From NCBI GenBank assembly GCA_017456555.1, contig JAFTJF010000003.1, positions 64,404 to 128,403 of the forward strand: a stretch of 64,000 nucleotides of DNA. The letters run 5' to 3'. Each line of letters begins with the position of its first letter. The stretch's first letter is position 1. The DNA comes from Clostridia bacterium. Lineage in GTDB: Bacteria > Bacillota > Clostridia > TANB77 > CAG-508. Below the pieces are notes generated by a model. It saw only the letters and a program-made list of their open reading frames with translations, did no database searches and was not told where the DNA came from. Below, piece after piece: positions 9,226-19,403 of the stretch. Position numbers and translations under genes: made by a program.

Positions 9226-9918
9226 CTATTTTATTACTAAATTAACAATAAAGTTATCATTGTACATTTTCTTTCCTAATGTTGAATCCTCTATTGCGCT
9301 TATAACTCCCCAAGAACTAATTAATGGAGAAATTATTGAAAATACTGCTAATATTAAATAGATTGTTAAAAATCCTTTAACTATACCATAAACCAAACCA
9401 CCTGATTTGTTAAATAATTTGATAAATGGAAGATTTCCAATTAATTCTGCTGCAAATCTTATGAATAATAAGAAAAATCTTGAAATCATAAATAATAATA
9501 ACATCGTTCCAACTCTTATCATAAAATATGCAAGTTGAACTGATACATATCCTACTGGATCAACTTCTGCAAGTTCTAAAGCTTCTGTAACAAATGAATT
9601 AATCATTTCAACAACAGCTACTGAGAAATTTGATTCTGTAGGTTCTAATAAGTTTCCATCATTTAATGTTGTTCCTTCTAAATTGCTTCTAATTGCATTC
9701 GATAACCATTCATCTAATTGAGTATTTTCTATAATTGAATTTGATACTGGTTTATATAGTAAAAATACAATAAGCAAAGATACTACAAATACTAAAACTT
9801 TAAATAGTACTGCAACTAATCCTCTTCTATATCCCCAATAAGCATTAGATATTAGTATGGAAATAATTACTAAATCAACTAAAATACCACCAAAGGCAAC
9901 CCAATTTATTACTCCCAT
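9226..9918 (-). CDS. cvpA: CvpA family membrane protein
   Basis: Four or more TM segments. N-terminus ILVDLVIISILISNAYWGYRRGLV is typical of the Colicin_V/CvpA family. Confidence 0.65.
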   Translation of the reverse strand: MGVINWVAFGGILVDLVIISILISNAYWGYRRGLVAVLFKVLVFVVSLLIVFLLYKPVSNSIIENTQLDEWLSNAIRSNLEGTTLNDGNLLEPTESNFSVAVVEMINSFVTEALELAEVDPVGYVSVQLAYFMIRVGTMLLLFMISRFFLLFIRFAAELIGNLPFIKLFNKSGGLVYGIVKGFLTIYLILAVFSIISPLISSWGVISAIEDSTLGKKMYNDNFIVNLVIK

Positions 9919-9927
9919 TTGCTCCTC

Positions 9928-11103
9928 CTATAATTTAATTATTTCTATTCTATTTTTGTAAATAACACCAGCAACTGTATCTCCAATTACTATATTTTTA
10001 ATTTGGTTATCTGATGTATATTTTTTTAATAGCCATCCATTTGTGTTTACAATTCTTATTTCATTTCCCATGTTTAAAGCCATATTATAACCACTTATTT
10101 TTATTGATTTTGGAAGTTCACTATCTAAAATATATAAACTTTCTGACTTACTAGTTGTACTTTTATTTATAAGTTCATATTCATAAGAAAATAATCCTGA
10201 TGATTGTTTATCTATTATAGCAATCGAATCTTTTGAATTTATATCAACAAAAACATCATTTGCAGTTATATCATACAATCTTTCGTTTGAGGCAGTTCCA
10301 ACCTTTTGAACATAACCATTAAACATGCATATTGCATTTTCTTTATCTTGATAATTAATATTTGTTATAATTTCTCCATTTTCTGATTCATAAGTATAAA
10401 TAATTGATTCTTTAGGCTCTGTCTGAGCTTTTTCTACAGAAATTATTTTTACATATGATTTTAGGATTGTTCCTGAATAATCTATCTCCCCAATTGCTAA
10501 ATATTTATTGTTTGTAGAAATTGAAGTACAAATTGCATAATTATTAGCAAGATGTGTTCTGAATAGTTCTACTCCTTTTAAATCATAAAAAGCAATTACA
10601 GATTTATAAGTAGTGTTTTTTATAACAATACTAACATATCCATTTTCATTAACATTAACTTCTGAAATACTACCTTGAATAGTATTTTGCCAAACAATAT
10701 TCTCTCCTGAAATTAAATATATTTTTTGACCATTTTTCTCAGCCATTACCATATATTTTCCATTTGTGTGAACAAGAGGAACAGAAATGTTTGTATCTAA
10801 CTGAGCAACTTCTTTTCCATCTGATGTATATTCTATTAGCTTATTCTTGCTAAGAACAGCTATATATTTATCATAAGCAAATATATTTGAATTAGATTCT
10901 AAATCTATTGCTATAGAAGTTAAGGTTGATTCATTTACTTCTTTTTTGAAGACATTAACATCTATCATAGTTCTAAAATCTTCATCAGTAGCATATCTTG
11001 CAGTAAAAAAAACAATGAAAAAAATAATTACTATAAAAGCTGTAATTTTTGAAGTTGCACGCTTATCTTTTATATTTTTTTCAATTTTCACTTCACTAAT
11101 CAC
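9928..11103 (-). CDS. hypothetical N-terminally anchored extracytoplasmic protein, beta-rich
   Basis: One N-terminal TM segment, then repetitive beta-strand-like sequence. Likely co-transcribed with cvpA (9-nt gap). Confidence 0.5.
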   Translation of the reverse strand: MISEVKIEKNIKDKRATSKITAFIVIIFFIVFFTARYATDEDFRTMIDVNVFKKEVNESTLTSIAIDLESNSNIFAYDKYIAVLSKNKLIEYTSDGKEVAQLDTNISVPLVHTNGKYMVMAEKNGQKIYLISGENIVWQNTIQGSISEVNVNENGYVSIVIKNTTYKSVIAFYDLKGVELFRTHLANNYAICTSISTNNKYLAIGEIDYSGTILKSYVKIISVEKAQTEPKESIIYTYESENGEIITNINYQDKENAICMFNGYVQKVGTASNERLYDITANDVFVDINSKDSIAIIDKQSSGLFSYEYELINKSTTSKSESLYILDSELPKSIKISGYNMALNMGNEIRIVNTNGWLLKKYTSDNQIKNIVIGDTVAGVIYKNRIEIIKL

Positions 11104-11215
11104 CTATTAAGATTTTTTCGTAAATATCATATCAATTAAATGTTTTTTTTGCAAGCAAATTACCAAAATTATTGACAAATTAAGGAACTGAGTTTATAAT
11201 TAATAAAGTCGATGT

Positions 11216-11292
<77 letters not shown>

Positions 11293-11493
11293 AAAAGTCC
11301 TTATTTTAAGGGCTTTTTCTTTTTAAACAAAATCTATAAAAGCACTCAAATATAAGCATTTTTCCACTTTTTCAATTTTTAAACATTTTTTAACTTTTCT
11401 TAATTTTTTACAACTTTTTTAAACAAACACCCAAACAAATTTATCTTCAAAAAAAATTGTTTGTGTAAACGCCCCAACACATTTAAAAAACCT

Positions 11494-11521
11494 ATAAAAA
11501 TAGAGCCTTTCAGGCTCTATT
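11494..11521 (-). terminator. intrinsic terminator downstream of the integrase gene
   Basis: ATAGAGCC-TTTC-AGGCTCTAT hairpin flanked by A and T runs. Confidence 0.6.
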
Positions 11522-11530
11522 TTGTTTAAA

Positions 11531-12853
11531 CTATTTAGAATATAAATCATGAAAACTATCATACCAATTCGTATTTTGAGTTTTAATTCTATTATCATAG
11601 ATTTCTAATGCATCTTTCTTTTCTAATCCCTCAAATAATGCTTTTACCTCATCTTTACTTAATTTATCTAATGCTTTAATCGCATCTACCATATTTTCTT
11701 TTAAGAAATATTGATTTACTTTTTCAATCTCTTTTTCTTTAAATGAATCATAAACCGATGTATATGTATTTAATGTCACTCTTATATCTTTATGTCCCAT
11801 TAATTTTTTTACAACAACTGGTGCCATTCCTGCCTCAATACATCTTGTTCCAAATGTATGTCTCAGACTATGAGTTGTAATATCTGTTATTCCAAAATAC
11901 TTTTTCATTATTCTTTTTAATTCTGAATTTACATTTCCTCTATCTGTATAAGAACAATAATCAGGTTTAAATAATAATTTTTCTGGATTATTAGGTTGAT
12001 TTGTAGAAAATTCCATTTGTTCAAGAATAGCATCATATATAAAGTTTTGAATTGGTACACTTCTTTTTCCAGAATATGTTTTGGTTCTTTTAGCCATTAT
12101 AACATTACCTCTTTCATCTCGTGTTAAGGTTTTATTGATATTAATTCTTTTATTTTGCAAATCAATATCAGATATTGTTAAAGCTAAAACTTCACCAATT
12201 CTCAACCCCATAAACATTTGAATTAGAAAAACATTTTTATATTTACAATTATCAATATTTCTTTCTAACAGAAAGTCAGTAAATTTTTTCTGTTCTTCAA
12301 ATGTTAAAGCTCGAACTTCTTTATCTTCTTTTTCACTTTCAGGTTTTATAACAGATGCCATAGGATTTTTAGTTAAATATCCTCTATTTATAGCATTATG
12401 AAAAGTTGCATTTAATTGTTGGTATAATTTTTTTAATGTAGAATTACTTAAATTTTCGTGACTATTTAAAAAAGTTTGTAATTCCTCTGGTTTTATTTCA
12501 TCAATATTTTTCTTTCCTATTGGATATTTTTCAATTTGAGCTATTGTTTGTAAAGTTCTCATATATGTCACTTCTGTTATTTGTTTTGTTTCTAATTTGT
12601 TCCTCGCATTAACTCTCATCATTTCACAAAATGGTATTCCATTATTTTTTATGTATATGGGATTTTCTCTTTGATACATTATCGTACACAAGAATTGCTT
12701 TGCTTCTCTTTCTGTTTCAAAACTTTTTGTTTTAATCATATCTTTCTTTTTTTCTTTATCAAACATTGGATAACAAGCATTCCATTTTTTCCTTTGTTTA
12801 TTAAAGTAAACATATCCTTCACTATTACTAATCGATTCTCTCATTTGCATCAC
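11531..12853 (-). CDS. int: tyrosine-type site-specific integrase
   Basis: C-terminal catalytic signature: GLRIGEVLAL (Arg I), HSLRHTFGTRC (HxxR), LMGHKDIRVTLNTYTSV (His/Tyr). Adjacent to the tRNA att site. Confidence 0.9.
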   Translation of the reverse strand: MMQMRESISNSEGYVYFNKQRKKWNACYPMFDKEKKKDMIKTKSFETEREAKQFLCTIMYQRENPIYIKNNGIPFCEMMRVNARNKLETKQITEVTYMRTLQTIAQIEKYPIGKKNIDEIKPEELQTFLNSHENLSNSTLKKLYQQLNATFHNAINRGYLTKNPMASVIKPESEKEDKEVRALTFEEQKKFTDFLLERNIDNCKYKNVFLIQMFMGLRIGEVLALTISDIDLQNKRININKTLTRDERGNVIMAKRTKTYSGKRSVPIQNFIYDAILEQMEFSTNQPNNPEKLLFKPDYCSYTDRGNVNSELKRIMKKYFGITDITTHSLRHTFGTRCIEAGMAPVVVKKLMGHKDIRVTLNTYTSVYDSFKEKEIEKVNQYFLKENMVDAIKALDKLSKDEVKALFEGLEKKDALEIYDNRIKTQNTNWYDSFHDLYSK

Positions 12854-13115
12854 TCTCCTCTTTACGAGTCGACTTCCAAATTAAATAAGCTAAATAAGTA
12901 ACAGTTTTTGTTTTTCCTATATTTATCGATGGAAAATCTGCTCTTTTAAATATTTCATTTGCAGTTGCTTCTCCACAAAGTAAGTCTTTCATTACTTCTT
13001 TTACAGTCCAATTTTGAAATGGATCTTTTACTTTTTTTATTGCTTCAACTATCGCCACCTTTAATAATTCAATTTCATCTTTGGTATCAATTATATTAAT
13101 TACCTTTTCTTCCAT
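12828..13115 (-). CDS. small DNA-binding / excisionase-like protein
   Basis: 95 aa. It overlaps both the integrase start and the relaxase stop. The position and the WTVKEVMKDL..TANEIFKR segment fit an Xis-type HTH. The functional call is weak. Confidence 0.35.
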   Translation of the reverse strand: MEEKVINIIDTKDEIELLKVAIVEAIKKVKDPFQNWTVKEVMKDLLCGEATANEIFKRADFPSINIGKTKTVTYLAYLIWKSTRKEESDANERID

Positions 13116-14082
13116 CTTCTTTAATTCCTCTCACAAAATTATTTACTATTGACTTTAATCTTTCTATAGGAAAATCAAACAAGATGCTCACACACTCAAA
13201 AGTTTTATTAATATAATGTTTAAACCATCTATTATTTTTTTCAATTTTATAATAATCTTCTTCAAGTACTTCATAATCTTTTTCTAATTGTTCAATCTTA
13301 TTTATGTTATTATCATGAATTACTTTTACTTTTGTATATTGTTTTGCTAATGTATTAAATTTTTTAATAACTCTCCTATAATCTTCTTTCAACTCCTTAA
13401 CATCATTTATTTCTTTTTCTTGTTCCAATTTAATTGATTGTTTTTCTAATTCTTGCATTTCATAATTTGTCATTACTTTTAATTTTTCTATTGGAATATG
13501 TTCATTTTTTTCATTTTCTCCTCGTTCTAAATCAAATCCTGCTCTTGTCATATATTTATAAAAATTATCTTGTAAAATTTTATAGCTATTCTTACCTTTC
13601 CAAAATTCTGAACAAGAAATTTTGTCAATCATTTTTCCACTTTTTTTCTCCAAAATGTGTACAACTGGTAAGAAAACTAAATGCATATGTGGAGTTGATT
13701 CGTCCATGTGTACTTTTGCAGAAACAATATACTGTTCCCCTAAATTCTTATAATTTGCCACAAATTTATATGCTGTTTCAAAATATCTTTTTGTTTCTTC
13801 TTCACCAATTTCATTAAAGAAATCTTTATCCGAAGTAATTATATATTCACAAGCTACATTACTATTTTTCTTAATCTGACCTTTTAAGTTATACTCTTGT
13901 TTTATTTCGTTAAACATTTTCGTATATGGTTTAAAACATCTTTTAAGTGAATAATTCTTATTTGATTTATTCCTATCTATTTCTTTGTTTGAATAAGCTG
14001 AATTTTTTCGCTCGTTATGTCTAAAAAGAACATTCAATTTATCAATAGTATATTTTGAATTTCTAATTATCGCATAACTCAC
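13096..14082 (-). CDS. mob: MobV-family relaxase (Mob/Pre plasmid recombination enzyme)
   Basis: Motif I HNER (LFRHNERK) and motif III HxDE..PHxH (VHMDESTPHMHLVFLPV), followed by a coiled-coil C-terminus. Confidence 0.85.
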   Translation of the reverse strand: MSYAIIRNSKYTIDKLNVLFRHNERKNSAYSNKEIDRNKSNKNYSLKRCFKPYTKMFNEIKQEYNLKGQIKKNSNVACEYIITSDKDFFNEIGEEETKRYFETAYKFVANYKNLGEQYIVSAKVHMDESTPHMHLVFLPVVHILEKKSGKMIDKISCSEFWKGKNSYKILQDNFYKYMTRAGFDLERGENEKNEHIPIEKLKVMTNYEMQELEKQSIKLEQEKEINDVKELKEDYRRVIKKFNTLAKQYTKVKVIHDNNINKIEQLEKDYEVLEEDYYKIEKNNRWFKHYINKTFECVSILFDFPIERLKSIVNNFVRGIKEDGRKGN

Positions 14083-14092
14083 ATAATCTCAC

Positions 14093-14485
14093 CTATCTTT
14101 CTTTTTTACCTCTCATTTTTCCCATATATCTTGTTAACATACCTATTGATTCACTTATTGAATTTTGCATTGATTCTCCCAAAGTTGTGTCTTCATTTAA
14201 CCAATCATGATAAAATTCATCTAATATATCACCCTGTATTAACATCATTTCTTTTTCTGCATCGTGAAGTTCCATATATTTAAGTTCTTCTTTTATTTCT
14301 TCTTTACAAATTAATTCATAAGCTTTTTCAATTATTTTTCCTTTTGGTAATTTCTTTAATCCTCTTTTGAATTGATTAAATTCTCTTTCAAGCATTGTTT
14401 CTAACGCATCATCTAAATCAATTACTTGTACTCCTCTTTCGTCAATTTCATATTCAACTTTATTTAATAAATTATTGTTTTTCAT
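14093..14485 (-). CDS. hypothetical protein (DUF3848-like, common in clostridial mobile elements)
   Basis: 130-aa ORF directly upstream of mob. The IIEKAYELICKEEI segment resembles DUF3848. Weak call. Confidence 0.35.
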   Translation of the reverse strand: MKNNNLLNKVEYEIDERGVQVIDLDDALETMLEREFNQFKRGLKKLPKGKIIEKAYELICKEEIKEELKYMELHDAEKEMMLIQGDILDEFYHDWLNEDTTLGESMQNSISESIGMLTRYMGKMRGKKER

Positions 14486-14596
14486 TTTTTTATCTCCTTA
14501 TTATTTTATTTAAGCAAAGCTTCGTAGCCTTACTATATTTCTAATTACTTCTTGCACTCACTAATTACACAAAGAACGGAAGTGCTATAACATACT

Positions 14597-14836
14597 AGAG
14601 AACTTTAAAAAAGTTCTCTGTATGATTAGGGGATAAATTCCCCTAATAACCCCTAGCATAATTGAAATTTATTAATCCTCTAATAGAGAACTATTATCGA
14701 TTAACCGTATCTATTAGACTTCTCTAATAGATAACTTAAATTTCTAATTATGATAAAAACAATTCAAAATATTTTTATTTAAAAATATATCTACTTGTTT
14801 TTATTTATCCAAGGTTCTCTACATAGAGAACCTTGG
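14597..14836. promoter_or_regulatory. candidate oriT / nic region (cluster of inverted repeats sharing an AGAGAAC core)
   Basis: IRs AGAGAAC-N9-GTTCTCT (14597..14619), TTAGGGGA-TAAA-TTCCCCTAA (14626..14646), TAATAG-AGAA-CTATTA (14691..14706) and CTATTAGA-CTTC-TCTAATAG (14711..14730). A perfect 12-bp-arm IR CCAAGGTTCTCT-ACAT-AGAGAACCTTGG lies at 14809..14836. The cluster is a non-coding gap upstream of the mob operon. Confidence 0.45.
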
Positions 14837-14881
14837 CCATTCACAAAAATATATAAATGAAATTTATACATTTTCGTGAAT

Positions 14882-15403
14882 TTATCTTTCTTGTGTATTT
14901 CTATTTTGTCTTTTTATTTCATCTAGTTCGTCTATATTGACTATTCCTTTTCGATATAACAAATCTAGTTCTTCATCATATTGTTGTTTTTCGTTTTTAA
15001 TACTTTGCTTCATCTCTTTGACTCCTTCTAGTGAATTAATATAAGTAGCCATATCTTCTTCACAAATAACTTTATAATCTTTAACTTCGATTTCATGTTT
15101 TTGTAATTTCTCCAATCTCTCAATAATGTCTTCTCTTACTTTGGCATTACATTTATTTAAAAATGGTCCAAAAGTAGTAATTATTTTTTCAGCAGTTGCG
15201 AAATCATAAATTTCCATATCTGTATGTACGAATTTATTGAAAAAATCTATTATAATGTCTGGAATATCTTCATATTTTGCAACCACTTCATCTGTTCTTG
15301 TTTTTATAAAAACTAATTTTTGATCACTTTCTAATAATTCTTTTATTTCTTCTTGTGTGTAAAATTGAATTTCTTCATTATTTCTCATTTTTAGATTTCT
15401 CAC
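14882..15403 (-). CDS. hypothetical island protein (173 aa)
   Basis: ORF that overlaps the upstream gene. No family recognised. Confidence 0.5.
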   Translation of the reverse strand: MRNLKMRNNEEIQFYTQEEIKELLESDQKLVFIKTRTDEVVAKYEDIPDIIIDFFNKFVHTDMEIYDFATAEKIITTFGPFLNKCNAKVREDIIERLEKLQKHEIEVKDYKVICEEDMATYINSLEGVKEMKQSIKNEKQQYDEELDLLYRKGIVNIDELDEIKRQNRNTQER

Positions 15404-15680
15404 TTTCTTTTTTCTTCTTTGTCAGTTGGTTATTCTTTTTTCTAAAAACAATTTCATAATCTGTACCAAAACATCCAAAACTACTTTTAAACTTCCTTAA
15501 TGTAACATCTAAAAGTCTTGTAAATTCTTCAAATGTTAAGTCTTCATCATAATTAAATACTTTTTCCTTTAATTCATTATCTTTTCTTTTTTGTTTTTCA
15601 AAAAAATCATCATCATTATAATCTTCTGCATAATCTTCATAATGCTCGATTCCAAGTATTCTTTCTATCCATTTACTCAT
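15378..15680 (-). CDS. hypothetical island protein (100 aa)
   Basis: ORF in an overlapping gene chain. No family recognised. Confidence 0.45.
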   Translation of the reverse strand: MSKWIERILGIEHYEDYAEDYNDDDFFEKQKRKDNELKEKVFNYDEDLTFEEFTRLLDVTLRKFKSSFGCFGTDYEIVFRKKNNQLTKKKKESEKSKNEK

Positions 15681-15837
15681 CTATAATCTCCTTGTATTTG
15701 TTTTTAATCCATTGTTTGTATTGTCCGTTTCTTGAAAAATGACTTGATTGTTTTCTGTATTTTCTAAATACATACTTGTATTCTGTATAAACTTCATTAA
15801 GCAACATTTGTAATTCGTCTTTTTCATTAATCTTCAT
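15673..15837 (-). CDS. small hypothetical protein (54 aa), not in the ORF track
   Basis: Manual translation gives MKINEKDELQMLLNEVYTEYKYVFRKYRKQSSHFSRNGQYKQWIKNKYKEIIDE. Its start overlaps the stop of 15827..16603, and its stop overlaps the start of 15378..15680 (ATGAGTAA). It fills an otherwise empty gap. Confidence 0.4.
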   Translation of the reverse strand: MKINEKDELQMLLNEVYTEYKYVFRKYRKQSSHFSRNGQYKQWIKNKYKEIIDE

Positions 15838-16603
15838 CCGATTCTTCTGCAAACTTTCTCAAAAACTCTAATATTATAAGTTGAATTCTTAAAAGCATTT
15901 TTAAAACACTCTCATCTCCTAACACAATATTAGGTGGTTCTACTCTATTAGGTTCTGTTGTTGTACTTGATTCTGGTGTTCTTTCTAAAACCAATTTTCC
16001 TTTATTATTACTATTAATCGAATTACTTGTTACCTCATTATCTTTTTTTGATTCTGAGGCATCCTCGTTCAAATTTACTGGGTTATTTTCTTGATTACTA
16101 CTAACCATTGGAACCAATCTAAAATTCTTTTCAAAATAACTATTACTTACATCAATATCATCTTTCTTTATTTCATTATTAATATCTCTTACTTTTCTTT
16201 TTCTTTTTTCTTCATATGCTCGTCTTTTTCTTTCAGCTCTTGTTAAATATCTTCCGTGTTCATCAAAATTTGTATAATCTATCCCTTGTCTTTCTAAAAA
16301 TCTAGCAACTTTTGTAGCTTCTTCAACATTTGAAAAGCTATAAAACTCTCCTTTTTCATTTTCTTTTACTGCAAATAATCTGCCTTTTATTGAAGTACCT
16401 ATACCCTTTCCTTTTACATCAACACATATATTGGCTAACATCGCATCCGAATTCTTTTTATAAATAATTGTGAAACTGTCACATTTAATTGTTGCTATTT
16501 CTCCACCAATTAATTTTTCCAAATCTTCTTTTGTATTCCATATAACTTTTACATTAGGTTTCTGTCCAACTTCTTTCAAAACTCCAAATAATTTATCTGA
16601 CAT
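15827..16603 (-). CDS. DUF3846 domain protein
   Basis: The N-terminal segment VLKEVGQKPNVKVIWNTKEDLEKLIGGEIATIK..RLFAVKENEKGEFYSFS matches the DUF3846 pattern seen in ICE/IME accessory regions. Confidence 0.5.
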   Translation of the reverse strand: MSDKLFGVLKEVGQKPNVKVIWNTKEDLEKLIGGEIATIKCDSFTIIYKKNSDAMLANICVDVKGKGIGTSIKGRLFAVKENEKGEFYSFSNVEEATKVARFLERQGIDYTNFDEHGRYLTRAERKRRAYEEKRKRKVRDINNEIKKDDIDVSNSYFEKNFRLVPMVSSNQENNPVNLNEDASESKKDNEVTSNSINSNNKGKLVLERTPESSTTTEPNRVEPPNIVLGDESVLKMLLRIQLIILEFLRKFAEESDED

Positions 16604-17951
16604 CTACTTCATCTCCTTTTTCTTCGAGATCAAATAGATAAACAAACTCATGCTTTTTACAAAGTTCTTTTGCTTCTTCAATTTGTTCATCTGTTAAGCT
16701 TTTAAAATCTGCATTTTCATAATCATCACCAATAAAGAAACAATCTCCTGCAATATAATCGAATTCAAAAACTAAATTAGGCAGCAGCCCATCTAACTTT
16801 CCTTCTTCATTACATACTAAAAGTAATCCATCTGATACATATACAACTTCAATCAACCCATCAACTAATCTTTGTTTAGCCTTTAAGGTATTTTCGATTT
16901 CAATTTCTTCTGGTTCTTGACCAACTTTTTTCATAAGAACTCTCAATTTTTCTTTCGATTTTTCATCATATTCTTCTTCATCTTCTCCTACTTCGAAAAA
17001 TCTTCTATCAATTTTGCTATCAAATAATTCTGCATCATATTCTCTTGGAGCTTCTTTCACAATCATTAGTTTTTTAGATTTATGTTTTTGAAAACAAATT
17101 AAATCTTTAAAAGTTCCAAATTCTAAATGTTTTCTTGCTTTCTCATAAACTTCCTCATTATCCGTTGCAAAGAAAACTCTTGTTACTCCATTCATTCTTG
17201 CTATGTTTCTAAAATAATTTTTTAATTCTTCTTTTGGCATATTAACCATTCGATTAGGTATATCTAAAACCATTTTTATTCTACCTTGACCATCTGTTAA
17301 TATCGAAATAGAGTAATCTTTTGAATTTTTCACATTATGCATCATATTTGCAAAATCTTCTCTACTTAAAATTTTCACATCATAAATATTCTTTTCTTTT
17401 AAAACCCTATCCATTTCTTCATTTTTTTCTTTATTTACTGGAATATGATTTTCTATTTCTGGGAAACCATATTCGTCAATCGAAATCCATGCATAAGTAT
17501 CTGTATTAACAATTAAATGTCCTTTAAAACCTCTTACTTTACAAGCAAAATCTACTGTTGTTCTAATATCAATTAAAGATGCTTTGGCATTATCACTTGG
17601 GTGATTATGAACTAAATAATATCCATTAGCTCCTAGCCTATTCATTCTGTTATAAAATTTATTAAAGCATTTTTCAGAATTCACAATTCCTCTTTTATCT
17701 GCTTTTAATATACTTACTTCATTAGGCAATCTACTTGTTATTGATTCATACCCTACAATAGAATTATCTTTCATATAAACTACTCTAAAAGTTTCAAATC
17801 TTTCATCTCTAAATATAGACGCAATCTCAGCTAAATCATCTTTTGTATTAACTAATCTGTGGTTTAAGTTTATATAACCTTTCTCATATAAACTTTCTTC
17901 AATTCTTTTATAAATAATTTTGGTATTGTTATTCATTTGAAGCACCACCAT
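16593..17951 (-). CDS. JAB/MPN (RadC-like) domain protein with a C-terminal DUF3846 domain
   Basis: JAMM-like motif YYLVHNHPSDNAKASLIDI. C-terminus LRVLMKKVGQEPEEIEIENTLKAKQRLVDGLIEVVY..LLVCNEEGKLDGL is DUF3846-like. An alternative start ATG lies at 17936. Confidence 0.6.
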   Translation of the reverse strand: MVVLQMNNNTKIIYKRIEESLYEKGYINLNHRLVNTKDDLAEIASIFRDERFETFRVVYMKDNSIVGYESITSRLPNEVSILKADKRGIVNSEKCFNKFYNRMNRLGANGYYLVHNHPSDNAKASLIDIRTTVDFACKVRGFKGHLIVNTDTYAWISIDEYGFPEIENHIPVNKEKNEEMDRVLKEKNIYDVKILSREDFANMMHNVKNSKDYSISILTDGQGRIKMVLDIPNRMVNMPKEELKNYFRNIARMNGVTRVFFATDNEEVYEKARKHLEFGTFKDLICFQKHKSKKLMIVKEAPREYDAELFDSKIDRRFFEVGEDEEEYDEKSKEKLRVLMKKVGQEPEEIEIENTLKAKQRLVDGLIEVVYVSDGLLLVCNEEGKLDGLLPNLVFEFDYIAGDCFFIGDDYENADFKSLTDEQIEEAKELCKKHEFVYLFDLEEKGDEVDVR

Positions 17952-18360
17952 TCCTTTTAGATTTCTTTTCGATTTCCTTTTTCACATTATCTTTAAAATG
18001 ATTAATTGCTTTTGTTTTAATTTCAATAACTTCTTTTTTTGTCATTTTCATATCTGAACAAGCTTTTTCTAAATCACTACTTTCAAATACTGCTACAAAT
18101 AATGCTTGTTTTTCTATTAAAGGAAGTTTCTTCATAGCTTCATAATAAATTTCATTTGTAAAAACATCTTCTAAATGTTTATAACTAACATTTTCTATTC
18201 CTTTGTTTTTATTTCTTAAAAAATTTTGATATTCTTCTTTTTCAAGTTTTCTTTGTATCCTTTTTGTATCGTTTGGATTTTCAAAATGATAATCTCTTAA
18301 CTTTGAAAACATTCTTCCTTTGTTCCATTTTTCACTTTTACGAATTTTTTTCTTTTTCAT
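17929..18360 (-). CDS. small sigma-70 region-4-like / HTH protein
   Basis: LPLIEKQALFVAVFESSDLEKACSDMKMTKKEVIEIKTKAINHFK resembles a sigma region 4 HTH, comparable to ORF7-like regulators of conjugative transposons. Weak call. Confidence 0.35.
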   Translation of the reverse strand: MKKKKIRKSEKWNKGRMFSKLRDYHFENPNDTKRIQRKLEKEEYQNFLRNKNKGIENVSYKHLEDVFTNEIYYEAMKKLPLIEKQALFVAVFESSDLEKACSDMKMTKKEVIEIKTKAINHFKDNVKKEIEKKSKRNGGASNE

Positions 18361-18600
18361 TTCTACACCTCAAATTAATTAAAATTTGATTTCCGGAAAT
18401 CTTATTTTTCGTTCGAACTAATTTCATGATAGCATGAAAAAAAGAACTTTTTTCTAAGTCCTTTAATCACATTTAATCCCCTTTAATCTCCGTTAAACTT
18501 TTGTTCGTCATTTAAAAGCAACAAAAAAAGCAAAGTCAGTTTACATCTAACTTTGCTCATATTCTATATATATAATTTTTACTATATTTTTTATTCGTTT

Positions 18601-19323
18601 TTATAAAACTTTATAGTCTGTTAGGTTAGTTGTATTCATAATCCAACCTTGTTTTTTCTTCATTATTTCATATTCTTCGTCTGTAATTATCAATCTTTCT
18701 TTTAAATCATTTACTTCTTTTTCATCATCATGATTAATTTGTTTTTTTAATATTATACATTTTTTAGTTAATGGTTGATTTGTTTCATCATAAGTACCAT
18801 TAATCATTCCCATATATCTTTCATCACTTGCATATTTTAAATTAACTACCAACTCTACTTTTTCAAATCGTTTATTAGTAGCATAATAATTTTTCATATA
18901 AATATATGCAATATCTTGACTTGATTCCAATGATCCAACATACAATATCTTATCATTTTCAATATTTTTAAAATATACCTTTTGAAATCCACCCTCTGAT
19001 TTTATTTCAAGTTCAAAGCATAATAAATTATTAGTAAATCCTATATAATACAAATATATATTATTTACTGGAAATGGGTTATTTGAGTTTTCTCTTGATT
19101 CTTCTATTCTATTTATATTAGCTAAATCATCAAATCCTACATCTAAAACATTACAAATTTCAAGAACAGTTAATAAATCTGGCATTAAAACATTTCTTTC
19201 GTATTTATATATTGTTGTTTCTGTCTTATTTAATTTTTCAGCAATTTCTTTTATAGAAACCTTTTTTGATTTTCTCGCTTTTCTTAATAATTCGCCAAAC
19301 TTATATGAATCTAAATTGTACAT
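18601..19323 (-). CDS. XRE-family HTH transcriptional regulator with a 170-aa uncharacterised C-terminal domain
   Basis: HTH LLRKARKSKKVSIKEIAEKLNKTETTIYKYERNVLMPDLLTVLEICNVL. Start moved to the ATG at 19323 (MYNLDSYKF), behind a GGGGGA RBS. Confidence 0.8.
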   Translation of the reverse strand: MYNLDSYKFGELLRKARKSKKVSIKEIAEKLNKTETTIYKYERNVLMPDLLTVLEICNVLDVGFDDLANINRIEESRENSNNPFPVNNIYLYYIGFTNNLLCFELEIKSEGGFQKVYFKNIENDKILYVGSLESSQDIAYIYMKNYYATNKRFEKVELVVNLKYASDERYMGMINGTYDETNQPLTKKCIILKKQINHDDEKEVNDLKERLIITDEEYEIMKKKQGWIMNTTNLTDYKVL

Positions 19324-19403
19324 AATAAATCCCCCAATCATCAAACTCTATATACTTAATTATACCACTTTTAAGACACTTTGTCCAACAAGGACACTTT
19401 TGT

